A stretch of DNA of 62,925 bases, the filler included, from Collodictyon triciliatum (lineage: Eukaryota), in NCBI GenBank assembly GCA_043381765.1. It is 7 parts of 7 records of this genome, joined end to end, with 100 filler letters (N's around TTAATTAATTAA, not from the genome) between each part and the next. Parts side by side here need not be neighbours in the genome. Positions count along the whole stretch, not along the records: positions 30,802 to 51,696 come from JBHJMP010000096.1; positions 51,797 to 59,119 come from JBHJMP010000097.1; 5 more parts are not named here. The stretch is one strand, 5' to 3'. Position numbers and translations under genes: made by a program. Under the pieces are notes generated by a model. It searched no databases. It was given only the letters and a program-made list of their open reading frames with translations, and was not told the DNA's origin. Below, piece by piece: positions 42,330 to 54,900 of the stretch (position 1 is the first letter of the stretch; every line of letters begins with the position of its first letter).

Positions 42330-45300
42330 ATGGAATCCAACACACGCCTGCGCATCACCTCCACAAGCTCGTCCACGGCGTCCATGGAACTCGGACAGGC
42401 TCTCGGGCTGGACTCACAGACGGATCGGACGGCCTACAAACACTCGCTTCCCCGCGGGTTTGCGCTTTCGCCCACACGGGGCGGCACAAACGCGCTCTTT
42501 GCCACCGCTTCGGCGCCAAACGTCCTTTCCGAGCCGACCGTAACAAAGCCAACATCCGCAGCAAAGACAAAGACAAATACAAAGACACAGACACCAACAC
42601 AGACACTGCCGGCTTCAGCAACGAGCGACCCGCACAGCGCAGCCGCCTCGCCCGAGTCGCAGAGGCCCGTTGCTGCGTTGGCTCGCCTGCGCAAAACTCT
42701 GTCGCCGACCCGCTCGCTCAACTCAGTGATTCCCGCCCAGACAACCTCAGAATCCGCCGCCTCCTCAAACCGCCGATCGGCCGGGCACGCAAGTGCGGGT
42801 CTGCAGTCAACGCCGGTCGGTGCGCCTGCTGCAAAGGCTTCGGCTCTGCTTCTGCAAAAGGGCCCGTTTGCTCTCGAGTGTGCGCAGCTTTGCGTCACAG
42901 GCGGTGCTTTCCTCCATGGCAGAGTTCATCTGCGCTCGGCTCGTGGTTTCCTCGCTCACAAAGTTTCTCTGCGTGTCTACGGTTTGTTCCTATCTGTATT
43001 TTATTGGATATGTTTGTGATTTTTTTTTTGTGTGTGTTTGTAATTATGATTGAGATTATGGTTCTGGTTCTGGTTCTGTTTTGTTTTTATTGACTGTTAC
43101 TACATTCATGTCTCCTCTGATATGGCGCTCATCGTTGTATAGACAACGCATCCGATACTGCTGCACATGTCCAGCACGAAGTTGACCTTTACAGCAGCGG
43201 TCATCCGGAGCGAGAGATAGCTATTGCACCTGGGATATATGCCTTTCCTTTCAGGGTTGCTGTATGATACCTCTCTTACATCTTTTCTTCGTATCTATTA
43301 TCCGTTATTTTCTTTACATTTTTGCTGCATGGATTCATTCATAAATAGTTTCGAATTGAATGACCTAATTCTTTTCATACTACGAATCATTTGTAATCAT
43401 TCTATTTGATTTGATTTTACAACTTCGTTTTCGCTGGGCCATTTACATTCCTTTACTAATCGCTACATTGTTGTTTTTTTTCTTTTCATTATCTCGTAAC
43501 TATTGTAATCAAATAAAATAAAAACATCTAGTTCCCTCCAAATATACCCCCTTCGTTTCATCACTCTGGAATAGGAAAGTAGAAATTCATAGATCTATTT
43601 TATTATGTATATACCAAATATATGCACACAGTGTAATCATTAAAGCATCTATACAGCTTTTTTTTTATTTGTATGTACCAATTCTATCCGATCTATCTCT
43701 TCCTATGTCTCTTATTTTGATAATCATGGCGATAGGGACGCTCAATTCCGGTCTCTAGCTCGCTGCATATATACTGCAGAAGCAATAATGACAAGATTAG
43801 ATGGCACAATTGTTCATTCGAGGTACGCTATAATATGTGAAACTATATCCCGCAATATGTAATGCTTTCATGCGAGTGATACCTTCAGGGTCCAAAAAGT
43901 CTCCATTCACATTCATATCTCTCACTATTTTGTTTATTCGGCTTTTGTTATATGCTTTCATTTTCACGAAAGCTCAAGCAACGTCGTCTGTATTGGAGAG
44001 CTTCTTGATTCAAACAATTTAGCGCTAAAGTCATCTCCGTCTTTCACATTCAAACAAGATATCCAAGCACCCTTCACTGTTGATGCCACCATATTCGACG
44101 TAACTTTTTAATTGCATCTTTTCTCCAAATCTTTGTTATGAGTACATTTCTCTATTTTATTTGTATTGTCAAAACCAATTGTAAGATTGAATCTTACAAC
44201 CTTCTTTTATTTATAAAATATTGATATTTTCTTTTATTATTACCTTACACATAATTTTATGCACTACATTGTGCAGCGAGCTGGCTATACTTGGGATGGG
44301 AATCCTCAATATGGGTTATGTTGTCGGGTAGCCGATGAGATCTCTGTACGTTTTCGGGTCAGTAACTTTCCTTGGGAGACTGTCGAAACCCAACAGCAAC
44401 AACAAAGTCAGCAAGATGTAAACTCTGTTAAAGTGTGTATTAGTTCTCTCGCTTTTATAAAAATTTTAACTTTTTTTTTTCGAAAAATCAAAATCTATAA
44501 TTTGAATTTCTTTTGCATTTTTTCAATTGTTTTAACAAATAAATAAAGTAAAAAAATAAAAATAAAAAAGGCTATAATAGCTTGTCCATGAAATTATTTT
44601 GTATAGATTATCTTCTCTGTATCCTTGGAGCGTACTGTTTCAGTTGAATCATCGGAAACATCAACAACCGAGAAGTGTACTGCTATAGATATTGTGAGTT
44701 CAAAAGAATCCGGTAAGATATATATTTTTCTACCTCCATTTAATGACTGCGAAGGATTCATACAAGTTATCCATACTTTAACCACCCAATAACATATTGT
44801 TCTTTCTTCAGGCCTCACACCAGTTTTTGTACTTTTTTTTAATGCACAACTTCCAATCAATTTAGTTATGCACGCTTTATGTCGAGATGACAGCATGCAA
44901 CAAGACATAAGTTTCTTTATCGGAGACTGTGTAATAAAGTCAAAAAGTGATTTGGAGTGTGAAAATCCAAGTAATCACATATTCACACCCACTGTCCAAC
45001 AAAGTTCGAATTTTAAAGTGTCATATTCACTTGTTGCAACTGCAAAATGGGGCGACAAATTTTATCGTGGAACTTTCCCTGTGACTATATTTCAATCAGA
45101 GTTTTATCGCAGTCTCGTGGAGTTGGTAGACTTTTTTTTTAACCCATTATCTCATTCATCGATAGTTATTTATTTGTTAATTCATTAAAAATGCGTCGAT
45201 ACCTGTACGAGCAATCTACTGGAATACTTTTTATGTGTTTGTCTTTTTCTTTTCTTTTCTTTTCTTTTCTTTTCTTTTCTTTTCTTTTCTTTTCTNNNNN

Positions 45301-45506
45301 NNNNNNNNNNNNNNNNNNNNNNNNNNNNNNNNNNNNNNNNNNNNNNNNNNNNNNNNNNNNNNNNNNNNNNNNNNNNNNNNNNNNNNNNNNNNNNNNNNNN
45401 NNNNNNNNNNNCTTTTCTTTTCTTTTCTTTTCTAGGAAAAATGATTATATTTAGTTTGTAGCAGTACACAAAACCTTACTCGATTTCTTGGGTCAGCATC
45501 TTCTGA
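42330..45506 (+). CDS. Arrestin-fold (alpha-arrestin-like) protein with a Ser/Thr-rich N-terminal extension; multi-exon
   Basis: GGAFLHGRVHL, IAPGIYAFPF, PPNIPPSF, CIYTAEA, and C-terminal PTVQQSSNFKVSYSL...FPVTI match arrestin N- and C-domain patterns. The final exon is tentative. Confidence 0.62.
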
Positions 45507-46098
45507 GGGGGACAATATCCTCTTCTTTTTGCTTTTCAAGCTGAACACAGTTCTGCGTTAAGTTTACTCGCCTAATCGAACATTTGTTCATGAGTTAAGG
45601 AGTTTGGGACTAGAAAAAAAAATGATGAGATGGATAGGTATTGCCGGAGGCCTCCTTCTTGCGTGCGTTCAGTCTAACAAAATACCAAGGAGCCACTGCT
45701 GATTGATGGAATGAGTGACAAATACCAACAGGAAAACGGGAGGTCTCTTTATGAACCGACAGCGAATGTCTTCAAATAAGCAGAACAAAAGGACGTGTGT
45801 ATGAATGGTTACGACGGCAGGAGGAAGTGTGCAAGGAGTCAGGTGGGAAGGGAAGAGACTCAGCTGCTTGTCTATGCATCTGTGTTACTCTTCACGAAAC
45901 GGTGTGCTTTCACAAGCAGCGAGATGAACTTCATAGAGCCCACCCGTCCACAAGCCTGTTTTTTCTTTTTTTATTTCTTTTTTTTTTTTTGAAAAGGGTG
46001 CTGTGGGCGCACAGTCGAAAGTACAGATTTTGTTACAAATTTATATACTTTATTTGAAATTAAAAATAAATTTCTTTATTTAGTTACACATATTTTAT

Positions 46099-46760
46099 TT
46101 AGTTAAACTTTTCCAGAGGGAAAAATATATGTTTTTGTCCAGATTTAATGCATATACCTATGTCGGGTTCGTCGCACGAGGCACGGCTTTCCAGCCTGGC
46201 TACATTTATTTCTCGTTCGGGTGACTCATTAGAGCGAGAGAATGCACGCACACTCCATAAGAACCACACCATATGTCCCCTTGTGACTGTCCGGAGTATT
46301 CTAGAGTCGTGGGTCATTTGGTATTGTGGGCCAAACAGGATGTCAGACACGCTGAGTCGGTTGGGAGGATAATCAAGCTCAGAGAGCATCTAGTGGGTAG
46401 ATTCTGTCACTTTTTAAGCAAGGGAGCACTTCACAAATGTGTGCTCGATAGAGTCATCTCCACTGTGGCACATGGTGCATTCTGTAGATGTCATTGCTGC
46501 ATGGACTACGCGCGCACCTATCCACAGCTCTCTGTTGGAGATATTGAGGAGTAGGGCGCGGTGTTTCGGGAGTAACTGAGGAATACGGGCTTGCTTCCAG
46601 CTTTTGACTATCGGCGGGTCTATAATGCCTATAGTTTCGGCCCAACGACTCATCTTCTCTGGTTTGTAGGGATTCGGGCTGATGATTTTACATCGAAACA
46701 GCTTGGAATAGCCATGGCCATCGAGAATTGTAGGGTCAGGTGCTTGCAATCTTGTCTTAC
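46099..46760 (-). mobile_element. Decayed 3' fragment of a non-LTR retrotransposon ORF2 (L1/Tx1-like zf-RVT region)
   Basis: Intronless frame W..ARIPQLLPKHRALL...CTMCHSGDDSIEHTFVKC, continuing in frame past two stops (TAA, TAG) to ILFG...VWFLWSVR. An AT-rich tail with AATAAA follows. Confidence 0.75.
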
Positions 46761-47449
46761 CCTTCGTCTTCCAGCTTTAGCTGAGAGGTAAATCAAACAA
46801 TGAAAAAATCTATTTTTAGTAAATTAGTCATACAAAATATAAATATGTTCAGCGGATTTCAAACTAACTTACAGACAACAACCCGTTTTCTAGTCGTTGT
46901 ATGGTAGATGACGTGGAAATTCCAGAATAGTAGCTTCATTCGGAGGTGGCACATTGTTTATTTGACGCACGCGCGGCCAAGGGGCAGGTGTGACGAAAGG
47001 CAGGTGCGCAGGTTGGGGATGACGTTGGGTCCTGTTTCGATTAATGACACAGATTGATGACAGAGTATGGCGAGGTAGTGTGATGATGAAAATGACACGA
47101 CATAGGAGCGCACTCGGAGAAAGGCAGTGTACTACGGAGGAGTTTATAAATCTCCAACTTTTCTCGTGGGTATCTCAGTACCAAGACTAATGACCCATGA
47201 AGGTATCCTTGGTGGCAAAGATGGTATGTGGATACCAGTAGAATCACGAAAATATCTTTGGATTGCTGGATTGCGTGAATAAATGAAAAAAGGAAGGACA
47301 GACAGTTTTCCACTTTTTTTTATATGCTACCTCCAATTAAGATAACTTTCCATTATTATTTTAACATGGTATCCTGCCAAACATTTCTATCTGATTATCC
47401 AATTTCTTTTAAAAAAAAGTTTTGAAACCACTTCCATGCATCATCCAAG

Positions 47450-48333
47450 TTCTACGATATCTTCCTGGTCTTTACAAGTTTCTGGAAGATGAGGCCTATC
47501 GCTACACTAGTAACTCCCCTCCTTCGGTCAAGCCTCCAACTGAAGTCCCGTTATTATTCAACATCGCGTTATTTTACCACGTCTATCCGAGAGAAGCAAA
47601 AAGTAAGTCCAATCGTCGCGCCCGATCCTGTTTTTACCGATTTGATAGATAGATACAAGCAAATGAATACCTCGGATTTCCATCTTCCCTCAACTTTCAA
47701 TATTACGAGTTATCCTCACAGACAACTTTAACTCCTATTTTTTCTAATGGATGCACCAAAGTTCTACCAACTTTCAGTGGACGCATACAGACTTCAGACC
47801 GATGAGGCTTACAAGTTTCAAGGGCGACAAGAAGGCATATATGCCTGGCTAGCTTCTCCTTGTGTAAGTCCCTTTGTCATCTCCAACTGTCTTCACACCT
47901 TTCTTTGCTTCGCACTTTGAGACGGCTATTCATATGCCCCGATGCAGCGCAAGGCCGATGATGCCAACAATCCTGTAAATCATTTTGCGAGCTTTCTCAA
48001 CTCGTTGAAGCATCGAAATGTTCTCCCGTCATGGTGGACTAGCTCAGACGACACCGAAATTTCTGAATACGCTAAGGTTCTCAATTTTTTCTTCTGTTAT
48101 ATTGCTCCTTTCAGTTTGGGTAAATGGTGAGGTTTTGGCTTAGGTTTGCCGGCGTTCGTTTGCTTAAAATCTCAAGTTTAACAAATATTTTTACCTAATA
48201 TTCCCAAAACTCGACATTCCCTCAAAGCCCATGGTACTTTATGCGCTGGAGCGCTCAGACCTGATGGACGTTGATGGGAATCAGACGGAGCGCTTTGTGT
48301 CTGTCAAATCGTTTATGGAGGCACTGAGGTAGA
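47450..48333 (+). CDS. Spliced gene or gene remnant of unknown function; 5' end unresolved
   Basis: Exon-like open segments with GT donors: YLPGLYKFLEDEAY...YPREAK, FYQLSVDAYRLQTDEAYKF, FLNSLKHRNVLPSWW...YAK and LYALERSDL...EALR*. Confidence 0.4.
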
Positions 48334-48869
48334 GGGTTTCTGTGTCTCTGCCTNNNNNNNNNNNNNNNNNNNNNNNNNNNNNNNNNNNNNNNNNNNNNNN
48401 NNNNNNNNNNNNNNNNNNNNNNNNNNNNNNNNNNNNNNNNNNNNNNNNNNNNNNNNNNNNNNNNNNNNNNNNNNNNNNNNNNNNNNNNNNNNNNNNNNNN
48501 NNNNNNNNNNNNNNNNNNNNNNNNNNNNNNNNNNNNNNNNNNNNNNNNNNNNNNNNNNNNNNNNNNNNNNNNNNNNNNNNNNNNNNNNNNNNNNNNNNNN
48601 NNNNNNNNNNNNNNNNNNNNNNNNNNNNNNNNNNNNNNNNNNNNNNNNNNNNNNNNNNNNNNNNNNNNNNNNNNNNNNNNNNNNNNNNNNNNNNNNNNNN
48701 NNNNNNNNNNNNNNNNNNNNNNNNNNNNNNNNNNNNNNNNNNNNNNNNNNNNNNNNNNNNNNNNNNNNNNNNNNNNNNNNNNNNNNNNNNNNNNNNNNNN
48801 NNNNNNNNNNNNNNNNNNNNNNNNNNNNNNNNNNNNNNNNNNNNNNNNNNNNNNNNNNNNNNNNNNNNT

Positions 48870-51007
48870 TCACATCAATTGTTCCCTTCCTTGAGGAGCA
48901 AAACTAGTTTTGTTGGTTTGTTGACTTTAAAGGAAATCTCAAAAACTTGGTTCATGAGAATTGGAATAAAAAAATGAAACGAAGCAATTTTTTACCACCA
49001 GCGAGGGCTTTCCATTATTGTGTTCCAGGATGATATCCAAAACTTTATAGTTTAAATTCTTATCAAACATATAGTAATTTTTGGCAGAGCTGATATCATA
49101 CCCGATTACTTTGTGAGTAAGTTTTACTGGTCTGTAGTTCTCTCCAAATCTGATATTTTAATGTTATATTCAAGAATTGTGTAAATCTCAAAAAAAAAAA
49201 ACACAAAATATACTTTTTTGTTGCAACTGTAGGTGCTCCAATCCAAGTGGCAATATCATCGATGTTTGGAATTGTTGCCGATAAAGCTACAAATCTTAGA
49301 GAAGATATAGGTAATCCATGGTCCACATGTGCCATTTTCATCGATTTTAGTCTTCCTATTACGACCTTTGAAATATTTGCGTTTTTTTTAAAAAAAAAAA
49401 ATCTCTCGAACTAAAATATTTTTATTTAAAACAAATAAACCTCTAAAGTCGAGCCTCTCGTGTCTTGTTTTAAGAAATATATAAGTCGAATATTAAAAAT
49501 TTTAAAGTGAGGCGATATTTTTTTCGTTTTTTTATTTTGAAAAAAATCTATAGATACCAGTTAGCATGTGAACTTCATCAATGCATACAAGACCCACTGA
49601 ACATAAAACTGAATAACGTTGGTGATTATTCGACTTTCGTGTAGTTACATCTAACTTCTCAGGAGTTGTTACTCTACATAAGAAACCCCATAGGAGTAAA
49701 ATCAGAAAAGTAGAAAAAAAATTAGGGATATCATTGATTAAAATACATTATATCAGCATCTCTCAAACTCGAAAAATCCTTGACAGAACTGTCTTGGTCA
49801 CTGGTAAGCTCTTGGCCTATGAAACACGCAAATTCAAATCTCATTACTCATTACAAAAAAAAAAAAAAAAGAAAAAAAAAGGGAAGTATGTAATGTATCT
49901 TTAATGCATTTATATGTCAAATTTTACATTTCACGCCAAGTTTGTAGAATTTTTCTCTCCACTCAACCAACTTCTGCTGACATAGAGCCTAGTTTAATAG
50001 ATTTTGATCATGAAATCAAATATTAATTGGTTTAAATATTTAGGCTTTAATCTACCTTGATTGGTGCGAGATATATGACTTTGATATTTTGTCTTGTTCT
50101 ATTCCGATGTTCAAGGATTCGTAGTATAGCTAACTCGAATATCACTGGAATGTATAATAATGAATTTCCCAAAGTTATTGGATTAATCACCTGCTTTTCT
50201 AGGCATACTTATCGTATTATTTTCATATATGATAGGATATCCTTTCAGTAGTATGGATTTAATGCATGTGTTAAGGAAAGAGTTATTTACCTGTCTTCCC
50301 ACTTCCTGTTGGAGCTTTTTTTTTTTTTGAAAGAGGAGGGGGAGGCATTTAGATCGTTAATAATTTATAATTTGTTCATTTTTTTTCTTTGCTCCAATTA
50401 CCAATATTGTCAATTCCCGACGATATAGGCTGATCGGAATTGTTGTATAGTTACCTGAAACGACGACATTGCAATCATCTTGGTATACCATATTTGCGCA
50501 CTCACTCTGCATGCGATTAAAATATTCGAAAGAAAATACGGTAGCATTTTCATGGATGACAGAATCAACCCTCACTAACTCCCTGGAGTGTGCACCAATA
50601 TCTACTGCACTCCTAATTTCGGCTGTCACGTGTGTCTTCCCCAGAACACTCGGGAAAGATGTACTATTCGTTCTCTGTGGAGGCGATGAGTTTGAAACAA
50701 AGAAATTTCCCATCTCTTCGTCTGACGATTCTGAATCAAAAATCAACTTTTCTTGTACCAAATCATCGTCTGATAGGAAGTTCTCTGTGTTCTGAGACTC
50801 TTGGAAAAAATTGTGAGTCGTTGACAATCCTATGTCCTTTCTCTGATAGGTATCATGTACATTGAAGGGATGCACCCGATTCTGGGTGTGAGGATAGCTC
50901 AGTATATCGGTCACCCCTCCATTTTGGGTTTGCGTCAGCCAAGGAAGCAGCAAACTATACAAAGTAGGGCCCACGTGGCATTTATTGCATAAGTAAACGA
51001 CTGCCAT
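48870..51007 (-). CDS. HFM1: HFM1/MER3 meiotic DExH helicase, N-terminal part; start uncertain, runs into an N gap
   Basis: FNRMQS, APTGSGKT, IFELAILR, YLAPIKALC, TTPEKLD, IDEVHML, RFVALSATIPN, FGENYRPVKL, MFDKNLNYK and GKPSLV follow the Mer3 subfamily pattern. Confidence 0.88.
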
Positions 51008-51796
51008 ACAATCGTTGAATTTAATTTGCTCTCAATTATAGCATCGTATTACCGGCAGAAATACATATGTGAGAAACATAGAAGGAATCATATCTACCTA
51101 TCCACTTTTTGGTTCATTACCCGCCCTTGGTCTGTGAAGAGATGCCTGGAAGTCATGGTTTCTAAAATTAAATGCGTTTGTCTTGATAGGATTGATTTCT
51201 CAGCTTGCTGGGCGGGTTATCGAGAAGGTATGTGTATCGATGTAAGAGATGATATTTGAGACAATGCGTTCATTATCTTGCGGCCAGCGTGTCTTTATAT
51301 CTGCGGTGAGTGGGAAAAAAAAAATGTAGAAAAATCTGCATGAGATGCTTCGCATTCCACGTGGCGACTTTTCCTCAGAAAAAGAAAGCACATTTCCATT
51401 TCGTATACTAAGTACCGTACGATTATTGGAGCTATCTCCAAAAGCGGATATGATACCGCCAAATAATTTACATGGGATTAAGCTGGATTTTTTCCGCTAT
51501 ACCAATCCTTTTCTATTTTCTCTTCTCATTTTTCTTTTCCTTTCTCTTTTCATTTTTCTTTTCATTTTTATTCTCTTTTTATTCTCTTTTCATTTTTCTT
51601 TTCATTTTCTTTTCATTTTCTTTTCATTTTCTTTTCATTTTCTTTTCATTTTCTTTTCATTTTCTTTTCATTTTCTTTTCATTTTCTTTTCATTTTNNNN
51701 NNNNNNNNNNNNNNNNNNNNNNNNNNNNNNNNNNNNNNNNTTAATTAATTAANNNNNNNNNNNNNNNNNNNNNNNNNNNNNNNNNNNNNNNNNNNN

Positions 51797-51891
<95 letters not shown>

Positions 51892-51984
51892 AAAAAAACA
51901 ACAGAGATAAAAGGAAGATAAGGAGAAGGGAAACCCCCATCGTGTGTAATTCCCAGTGGCACTGAGCCTTTTGATTGCTTTTCG

Positions 51985-54900
51985 AAGGAATTCTCTCGAC
52001 TCAGGCGCCAAACAGGTGGACATCAAGTTGGACGGCAGTGGCCTTCGCATGATTGAGGTTTTAAGCTCCTTTCATCCAAAGTACACGCAAGAGACAACAC
52101 CTAATCTTGACACTTTCATTTTAATTGGCATTTGAAAAGCCGAGCGGTGTTACCCATGTCTATTTGTTTTGGTGAATTATTTTCTTTCAACACACTTTCC
52201 AAACTATCACAACTGCTTAGGTCCGCGACGACGGTCCAGGGATTGACAAATCAGAACGGCACAAATGCGCACTCAGATATACCACATCCAAGCTTGAAAC
52301 GTTTGACGACTTGGACCGATTGGCTACGATAGGCTTCCGTGGAGAGGGTGTACCTTTTTCGTTTCAATTGCATTTCCTCTCTCTCCCTATTTTTTTTTTA
52401 ATAATATGCACTGTTGTTGTTTTTGTTATTGTTATTTAACCTTTTCATCTCACCGTGGTCGAGCATTTGATGGGTCTCAATACGGAATAATAGTTGAACT
52501 CTGTATGTTCTGTTGCTGAAGTGGCGCTGACTACAAGAACGAAAGGTGATACAATAGGGGAGACACTGTTCTTTGATGGACAAGGAAAAGTACAAGCGTG
52601 AGTAGACACTAAATAAATTATCTTTTTACTAGCTATAGTTTTATTGGAAAAAATAACCTCGTCCAACGTGTGTGCTTCGTATTTACCAAAATACTACCTC
52701 ATGTATTTTTCGAATATTTAGAATTGGTCCTGATTTTACAACTGGTTAGATAAGAAAAAAAAACATGTCTATAGGTCTCAAAACTCACCATGCCAAGTTG
52801 GAACCACGGTCAGAGTATCGAAGGCATTCCATAATCTCCCGGTTCGGCTGCAAGTATGAATATTGCTTTCACTCAACTTAAATTCTGTTCTAAGGGCATA
52901 TTCTGCTTTCACTATGTTCAATTTGCTTTTTCATTTTTAATATGAAAATACTCTTATTGATCATTTTTTGTAATAATATTGTTCAAAAAATGTAGGTCAT
53001 GAAAGGAGACTTGAAAAATCAAGTAAAATATATACACGAAACAATCGTTGCTTATTCTCTATGTCGCCCGTCAGTCAGATTTGTATATAAAGCACCGCCG
53101 GCCAAGGATTTGATTAAGCCGACGTTGTCTACAGTCGCGGTATATTCTAGAAATTTCATCCTGAAAATCGTTATATTTTTTTAATTGTCCATCATGATTA
53201 CATGTAAATAATAATCTGCTTGGTTTAAACTCTTTGGTAGGATGCCATAATTTCGCTGTTTGGTCCAGCACTATATAAAGAACTGCATCCTTTTCGGATT
53301 GATATGACCGAAACATACGACTTCTGTATCGAGGGATATGTTCCCAAGCAAGGCTCCGGTAAGAGTCTGTTTTTTCCTATTTCTCCTTTTTTTTAAAAAA
53401 AAAAAACGGTTTTTTATATAGGAATTCCTATTTTTCACATGAGAAGAGTATGATTTGGCTCCTAATTATTATTATTATTTTTTTTTTGTTTGTTTGTTTC
53501 ATTTAATCGGCTTTTTAGGTTTTGTTAAGACTGGCATATCATTAACTTACCATAAACAACAGACTTATCACAATCAACTCGTTCTTCCAATGAACGATGC
53601 TACATATCCATCAACGAACGGCCTGTAGACCTGCCAGTAATATCCAAGCTAATCACATCGATGTTCAGGCAGTCAGGAGACGATTGTACGGAATAGCGTG
53701 TATATATATATATATATATATGTGTGTGTTCCTAGATACAATATTCTACGATTTTAATATATTTGCCCAAGAATGTTTTCTCTATTGCAAAATCTAGTGT
53801 TTATGAACCTAACATATTTATGCGTATGATATAGTGGAGAAAAAGTTCCCCTTCATCATCGTTAACATCAAAATTGCACCTCATCTGGTCGATTGTATGA
53901 TTTATTATTTTGTAATATCCACAAGATTTATTGCATATAAATCGCTAGTTAACAAATAATTGGATTGTTTTCCGATCAAAGACAGTCTTAAAAGAATACA
54001 AATTTAATATAATACGCAATAATGCATATATTAGTATAGCTAAACATAATTATGTAAACAGTCAATATATCACCTAACAAGCGGACAGTCATGCTATCTT
54101 CTGACATTTCGGACCACTTAAATCGGGCCTTGCAAGACCAGCTCGCCCAAATTTATCATGTTCCTATTTTTAAACTTTCCGATAGTTCATCAGACGGATT
54201 TCTATCACAAATAAGTCCCCAGGTATCAGATTCACCCACCGCAGCAGAACGGTCAAAAGCAGCACTGAATAGAACCTCAGCACAAACGCTGGAGCAAAAC
54301 ATTCCGCCTGTTCATAAGAAGACATTGCTTTCGTCCAAAAAGACTGGGGCGACCATGGTATCGGAGCTGCATGACAGTAATGATGGCGAGCAACGTTTGA
54401 CACTGAACAATACTGAGACGCATCGCCAGCCACATTCTAGTCCACGGTATACCCCAGTGGTCGTTGAGGGTGGACTCCCTGTCGATTCGCTTTCATCAGC
54501 GACAAAGTCAAAGACAGTACCCCTGAAGCAATCGGCTTTGCCAGAAACAATCCTTGATACAAATGGCACACATCAATTAAAGAAGAGCATTATGGCTGAC
54601 GACATTATCGATGATTTTGAAGAGGACCGCGTGCGTTTTACGATCCCATCAAAATCTGTCAATTTATTCGGTGGTACAAAGGGCAGCGCCGATACGACCA
54701 CACAACCCAAGAATATCAATCCTAAAGTACTTTCTCATGAAAAAATCATCCCAACCTTTTTTATTCTCTTTTCTTTTCTCTTTTCTTTTCTCTTTTCTTT
54801 TCTCTTTTCTTTTCTCTTTTCTTTTCTCTTTTCTTTTCTCTTTTCTTTTCTCTTTTCTTTTCTCTTTTNNNNNNNNNNNNNNNNNNNNNNNNNNNNNNNN

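Noticed and set aside
45790-45960. Cys-containing segment as a decayed MYND finger belonging to the 47450-48333 gene
   Set aside because: The cysteine spacing does not fit in any single frame.
46390-46416. In-frame TAA and TAG as evidence of stop-codon reassignment
   Set aside because: Host genes end normally in TAA or TAG and their conserved exons have no internal stops. These are decay mutations in a dead retroelement.
50900-52100. Head-to-head HFM1 and PMS1 as a functional cluster (Mer3 binds MutL-beta in yeast)
   Set aside because: The two genes are separated by an artificial TTAATTAATTAA scaffold spacer, so the adjacency cannot be taken as real.
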